Assembly: GCA_034661055.1 (NCBI GenBank)
Contig: JAYEKO010000084.1
Span: forward strand, 6,670-29,118
Source of the DNA: Campylobacterota bacterium
GTDB lineage: Bacteria > Campylobacterota > Campylobacteria > Campylobacterales > Sulfurimonadaceae
Direction: 5' to 3'
Length of the DNA stretch: 22,449 nucleotides
The notes beneath the pieces are model-generated. The model searched no databases. It saw only the letters and a list, made by a program, of their open reading frames with translations, and was not told the DNA's origin. Each line of letters begins with the position of its first letter. Within the stretch, counting starts at the first letter, position 1. Made by a program: the position numbers and the translations under genes. This document shows positions 18,812 to 22,449 of the stretch, one piece after another.

Positions 18812-19422
18812 ATATCTATCCTGCTACTTATTATTTTCATCCCTTTAAAAATCAGCATCTCATCGACCTTGGCATCTTTAAAAATCTTTTTAAGTTCCAA
18901 AGCACTACCACCCGTTAAAATAATGGGTTTATTATGGCGCATCACTTCACCATAAAGTAGTCTTAAAAATCCATAACTGATTGAATCTTGGGAATTTTTC
19001 GGCATTTTATCTAAATTGAGCTCAAAATTAAAGGTATAGTCGAGTCTTGATGAGATATTTCTATAACTCTCTGCCATTGCATCGACACCAGGGTAGATAA
19101 ATCCACCCTCATAAAAGCCACTATTTATTATGTCTACAGTGATTGCACTTCCAGCATCAATAACAATAGCATCATTCACCGCTTCACAAGCCATAATTCT
19201 ATCAATACCCATCGTCTCATAATAGTGTGTATAATCCACATACGCTTTTAAATCAACCCAATTAGAGGCCTTTTGTAAATCTACATGTAAATTTGGATTG
19301 ACATTAATGTAATAAACTTTCTCTTTACATGTAAATATATCAAATTTTTCTACATCTTTTTTGTAACTGTTTTGACCATCATAAAAATGTAGTGAGGTGT
19401 TTCCAATATCACACAGTAGCAT
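18805..19422 (-). CDS. coaX: Type III pantothenate kinase
   Basis: LLCDIGNT, MGIDR, VIDAGSAITVD, GGFIYPG and ILTGG motifs. Confidence 0.95.
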   Translation of the reverse strand: MLLCDIGNTSLHFYDGQNSYKKDVEKFDIFTCKEKVYYINVNPNLHVDLQKASNWVDLKAYVDYTHYYETMGIDRIMACEAVNDAIVIDAGSAITVDIINSGFYEGGFIYPGVDAMAESYRNISSRLDYTFNFELNLDKMPKNSQDSISYGFLRLLYGEVMRHNKPIILTGGSALELKKIFKDAKVDEMLIFKGMKIISSRIDIC

Positions 19423-19714
19423 CAGTCATCACAGTAAAGTTTCTCTCCTGTAAAGCTTTGAGTGCTTTAGAGCAGATTGGGGCTTTTAGTATCAGTACTT
19501 TTTTACTAAACTTGTAGCCGACAAAATTAGAAAGCTTTGTCATTATAGCTTCAAACTTTGGTACATCTTTAATGAGTATTCTACTCTTTTGGTTAATACC
19601 AAGCAGTGCAACTTGAGAGTTTGAACTGTCAATACCGTAATGAATAGTGATCTTATTGCGAATACCAAGCTCTTTGGGTGAAATCTCTTGTATCTGTTTA
19701 AAATTATGTTTCAT
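19409..19714 (-). CDS. Small basic hypothetical protein (about 101 aa)
   Basis: SD AAGGAG (19724-19729) sits 9 nt before the ATG at 19714 (MKHNFKQIQEI...), which is a better start than 19771. It overlaps the coaX start. Confidence 0.75.
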   Translation of the reverse strand: MKHNFKQIQEISPKELGIRNKITIHYGIDSSNSQVALLGINQKSRILIKDVPKFEAIMTKLSNFVGYKFSKKVLILKAPICSKALKALQERNFTVMTDATV

Positions 19715-19740
19715 CTTATATAGCTCCTTAAATAGTAATG

Positions 19741-20568
19741 TCATAAAGACTCCTGAGATAGTGGATGACACGCATTAACTGTCTCTCTAAGATGTGACTG
19801 CTGTAGATGCGTATAGATCTGTGTAGTTAGCAGTGATGAGTGTCCTAAAAGTTCTTGTACTACTCTTAAATCTGCACCACCTGTAATGAGCGCTGTTGCA
19901 TAAGAGTGACGCAGTACATGAGGAGATACATTAAGATACTTTTGTGTGATTTTATAGGCTGAAATACGACTCAGTTTATTGCCCCTACTGTTTAACCATA
20001 GTGTAGGTTTATCATAAGGAGATGCCTCGAGATAGTTCTCGACTGCTTTTAAAGCTTCTGAAGCAACAGGAACATAGCGCTCTTTCTCCCCTTTTCCATG
20101 ACGAATACGAAGCCATGTATCTTCAAAATCTTCTCTTTGTACACTTAAACACTCACTAATCCGTGAGCCTGTGGCATATAAGAAGATAATAAGGGCATAA
20201 TCCCTTAAGTCAGTCCACTTTTTAAGCTCAATGGCTTTTAAACCACTCATAACATCACTATAAGAGAGGTACTTCGGAAGCACTGCAGGAAGTTTTGAGA
20301 GTTTAAACTTTGAAAACGAATCTACAAAGCGCTGTTTATGACAGAAGGTAAAAAAAGCGTTAATAGTAGATAGTTTTCTATTGATGGTCCTACGATTTTC
20401 TACTACCGATAACACTTTTAATACATCGTCACTTTTAAGCTCAATGAGTGATTTTGAAGTAGTGTTTTCAATTGCCACTAAATCACTCTCATAAGCAGCT
20501 ATGCTATTTTTAGAGAGAGACTTAGAGATAGTTATATACTCTATAAACGCCTCCAGCTCATTAGACAT
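19741..20568 (-). CDS. xerD: Tyrosine recombinase, XerD/XerC-like
   Basis: Catalytic R-K-H-R-H-Y set: YATGSRISE, GKGEKER, SPHVLRHSYAT, QELLGHSSL and TTQIYTH. It sits in a housekeeping operon with no phage or IS genes. XerC versus XerD is not resolved from sequence alone. Confidence 0.8.
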   Translation of the reverse strand: MSNELEAFIEYITISKSLSKNSIAAYESDLVAIENTTSKSLIELKSDDVLKVLSVVENRRTINRKLSTINAFFTFCHKQRFVDSFSKFKLSKLPAVLPKYLSYSDVMSGLKAIELKKWTDLRDYALIIFLYATGSRISECLSVQREDFEDTWLRIRHGKGEKERYVPVASEALKAVENYLEASPYDKPTLWLNSRGNKLSRISAYKITQKYLNVSPHVLRHSYATALITGGADLRVVQELLGHSSLLTTQIYTHLQQSHLRETVNACHPLSQESL

Positions 20569-20574
20569 TAACGG

Positions 20575-21576
20575 CTATTTTACCTTAAAGAAAATATCAT
20601 TGACAAAAAATGTCTTATTAGCAGTAAAAACATAGCCGTCTTCAATGTCAACATCGTACACTTTAAATGCTAAAAGTTCTTTATCTAGGCTAATTAGATA
20701 GCCCTCTTTCTCTAGAGCATAGACTCTATTATCAGTAACAATCAGACCTAAAAAATGAGCAAATTGAAATTTCTTTGCCGCAATTTTTTGAAGTGATGGA
20801 GTGAATGATACAATTTCACCCTGTTTAGTACAGATGTAAATAACATCATCTTTAAAGACCATATCGCGCAGCTCATAAGACTCTCTTACCTCTTTAGCAC
20901 CTAAAGAGAAGATATTGTATGGAGTAGCAGCAATGAGGGTATTTCCGATGACATTAAAGTGGGTAATGTTGTTAAAATATGACTCTGAAGATACAATCAT
21001 AGAGCGTATCACTTTTTTAGCCTCAGTATTAACAATTACAATCTTTCCATCAAGTGTCAAAAAAAGCACCAAATCTTGCATGAAATATGGGTTTTGTACT
21101 CTAGAATCTACAGCAATTGGAGCTGTTCCCTGCTCTTTAAAAAGTAGCTCTTTTGACGCAAGTGAATAGATAGCCATCTCGTTATTTGCAAATAAAACAG
21201 CTAAAATATCATCTTTAACTGAAGCCGCAGCAACTGTTTTTTTCAATTCAAATTCAATACCTGCCTTGGGAGCTTCCATTGCTTTTAATGAGACATTACC
21301 ATCACTCGTACTTGAGACCACCCATCCATCACTAAAAGATAAGAATCGGTGTTGTGGCGTTAATGAGGCTTTAATCAGTGCTTTTGTTGTCATAATCTCA
21401 CCGCTGTCTAAAACAGCTCCATCAGATGTAACATCAATAATTTTTCCACTTAGTGTACCACTGGAATCCCAGTCACCAACTGTACTCTCTGGAACATAAT
21501 ACTCTTTAGAACCACAACCAGTTAAAAGCGTTATGAATAAAAAAAGTACGGCTAAAAAATAGTTGTGGCGAGGCAC
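20575..21576 (-). CDS. Lipoprotein with a probable beta-propeller fold (PQQ-like/BamB-like; resembles the H. pylori PgbB family)
   Basis: Lipobox LTG|C and repeating beta-rich units (LVLFLTLDGKIVIVN, VIYICTKQGEIVSF, RVYALEKEGYLISLD). Confidence 0.7.
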   Translation of the reverse strand: MPRHNYFLAVLFLFITLLTGCGSKEYYVPESTVGDWDSSGTLSGKIIDVTSDGAVLDSGEIMTTKALIKASLTPQHRFLSFSDGWVVSSTSDGNVSLKAMEAPKAGIEFELKKTVAAASVKDDILAVLFANNEMAIYSLASKELLFKEQGTAPIAVDSRVQNPYFMQDLVLFLTLDGKIVIVNTEAKKVIRSMIVSSESYFNNITHFNVIGNTLIAATPYNIFSLGAKEVRESYELRDMVFKDDVIYICTKQGEIVSFTPSLQKIAAKKFQFAHFLGLIVTDNRVYALEKEGYLISLDKELLAFKVYDVDIEDGYVFTANKTFFVNDIFFKVK

Positions 21577-22169
21577 TACTTAACTCCGTAGTGCATCAAT
21601 GACTTTGCCACTTTATAGAGTGGTGAGTCCTCAGAGATCAGAGATAATTTTTGTTGAGCTTTTTGATTCTGGTCACTCTTCATTAGAAGAAGCGAGTTTT
21701 CAAGTATTGCTAAATCTTTATAGATTGCATTTTGTTTTGATGTATAGCTAGCTAGAGCCTTTTCATCAGCATTAATAACTGCCAACTCATATGTTGCTAA
21801 ATCACTAATAACATCATCATCACTTACACTAAGAGCTTGCAGTGACTCTACATCACCTGAGGTGACAGCATTAGAGAACTTCAAAGCATTAAAGAGGCTT
21901 GGATTGAGTGCAGCCAACTCTTTTTCTGCTGCACTGTCAGGACCTTTTAACAGTGTTGCATAAGCTGCATTAGAGTCTTGTGCTGCTGCTTCAACATTTG
22001 CATCATTAATTGCACTAATAGCAACAACGGCTACCACTGCAATGACTCCACCAATAATAACTGTTTTATACTTTTTCCAAACACGTTCTGCCTTAACGGC
22101 ATTTTCAAAAAATTTCTCTTCCGAATTTAATTCATCTTTTACCATATCTATATTTTCTTTAAGACTCAA
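21576..22169 (-). CDS. Single-TM protein with a helical/TPR-like periplasmic domain (YfgM-like)
   Basis: TTG at 22169 with SD AGGAG 5 nt upstream (MSLKENIDMVK...). WKKYK followed by a hydrophobic TM, then Ala/Leu-rich helices. Confidence 0.7.
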   Translation of the reverse strand: MSLKENIDMVKDELNSEEKFFENAVKAERVWKKYKTVIIGGVIAVVAVVAISAINDANVEAAAQDSNAAYATLLKGPDSAAEKELAALNPSLFNALKFSNAVTSGDVESLQALSVSDDDVISDLATYELAVINADEKALASYTSKQNAIYKDLAILENSLLLMKSDQNQKAQQKLSLISEDSPLYKVAKSLMHYGVK

Positions 22170-22301
22170 AAAAGCTCCTGCATACATTATTTTGCGTAGC
22201 ATAATATCTAATTAACTATTAATTTTATGTAAACATCACCTAAAGTATAAGTTTTTTCTGTTACAATCGCTATTAAAATTACATGTAAATACGGAGTAAC
22301 T

Positions 22302-22449
22302 ATGAAAATAGACAATGAACTATTACAGCGACTTGAAAAACTCTCATATCTAGAAGTTGGTGAAAATAAGCGTGATGAAATTATTTCACAACTCAGTAAG
22401 ATTTTATCATTTGTAGATAACCTTGCCGAACTAAATACTGAAAATGTGA
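22302..22449 (+). CDS. gatC: Asp/Glu-tRNA amidotransferase subunit C (partial, runs off the window)
   Basis: Manual translation: MKIDNELLQRLEKLSYLEVGENKRDEIISQLSKILSFVDNLAELNTENV. SD GGAG at 22293-22296. Confidence 0.9.
   Translation, partial: MKIDNELLQRLEKLSYLEVGENKRDEIISQLSKILSFVDNLAELNTENV

Larger units (their letters stand above)
295..22287. repeat. Dispersed iterated palindrome (T)TACATGTA(A), 16 copies
   Basis: TACATGTA starts at 295, 998, 3076, 3909, 8306, 8576, 10172, 10979, 12497, 13554, 14313, 15776, 16743, 19282, 19326 and 22280. Eleven are the full TTACATGTAA and the other five differ at one flanking base. Counted by eye. Confidence 0.93.

Noticed and set aside
19741..20568. Tyrosine recombinase as a prophage, integron or island integrase
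   Set aside because: It is flanked tightly by housekeeping genes. I saw no tRNA, attC-like cassettes, direct repeats or integron-integrase insertion.
2659..21499. Other short ORF-track entries (2659, 3606, 5446, 6865, 7475, 8382, 9452, 10527, 11326, 11764, 14399, 15139, 16302, 18420, 20915, 21266)
   Set aside because: All lie antisense to or out of frame within well-supported genes and lack protein-like motifs.
295..22287. TACATGTA copies as a CRISPR array, a tandem repeat or a classical regulon operator
   Set aside because: Spacing is irregular (44 bp to 4.4 kb), the unit is only 8-10 bp, and 14 of 16 copies are inside unrelated coding sequences.

Overview
This is an AT-rich (roughly 36-37% GC, estimated by eye), gene-dense chromosomal window. 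Gene content and order point to a free-living Campylobacterota (Sulfurimonas/Sulfurovum-like; inference). It carries pheT (partial), pheS, a HIT protein, a 57-aa lipoprotein missing from the ORF track, a secreted beta-propeller protein, an acyl-CoA ligase, RNase T2, a PD-(D/E)XK-like hypothetical, a DEAD-box helicase, carboxy(nor)spermidine dehydrogenase, a PlpD-type patatin, an MFS-acyltransferase fusion, a DUF695/RraB-like protein, a glycine-zipper lipoprotein, hisG, coaX, a Xer recombinase, a YfgM-like/beta-propeller lipoprotein pair and gatC (partial). I saw no rRNA, tRNA, CRISPR array or transposase. The main signal is not a gene. The palindrome TACATGTA occurs 16 times (11 as the full TTACATGTAA), about one per 1.4 kb, against roughly 0.75 and 0.07 expected by chance. 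Fourteen copies are inside genes, where they fix codon choice (Leu-His-Val as TTA CAT GTA). The two intergenic copies each directly follow a -10-like hexamer. This resembles a highly iterated palindrome (HIP1-like), uptake-sequence-like or chromosome-organising motif that I do not recognise as described for this lineage. A second notable element is a 59-bp perfect-arm inverted repeat (MITE/IS-end-like) at 9888-9946.
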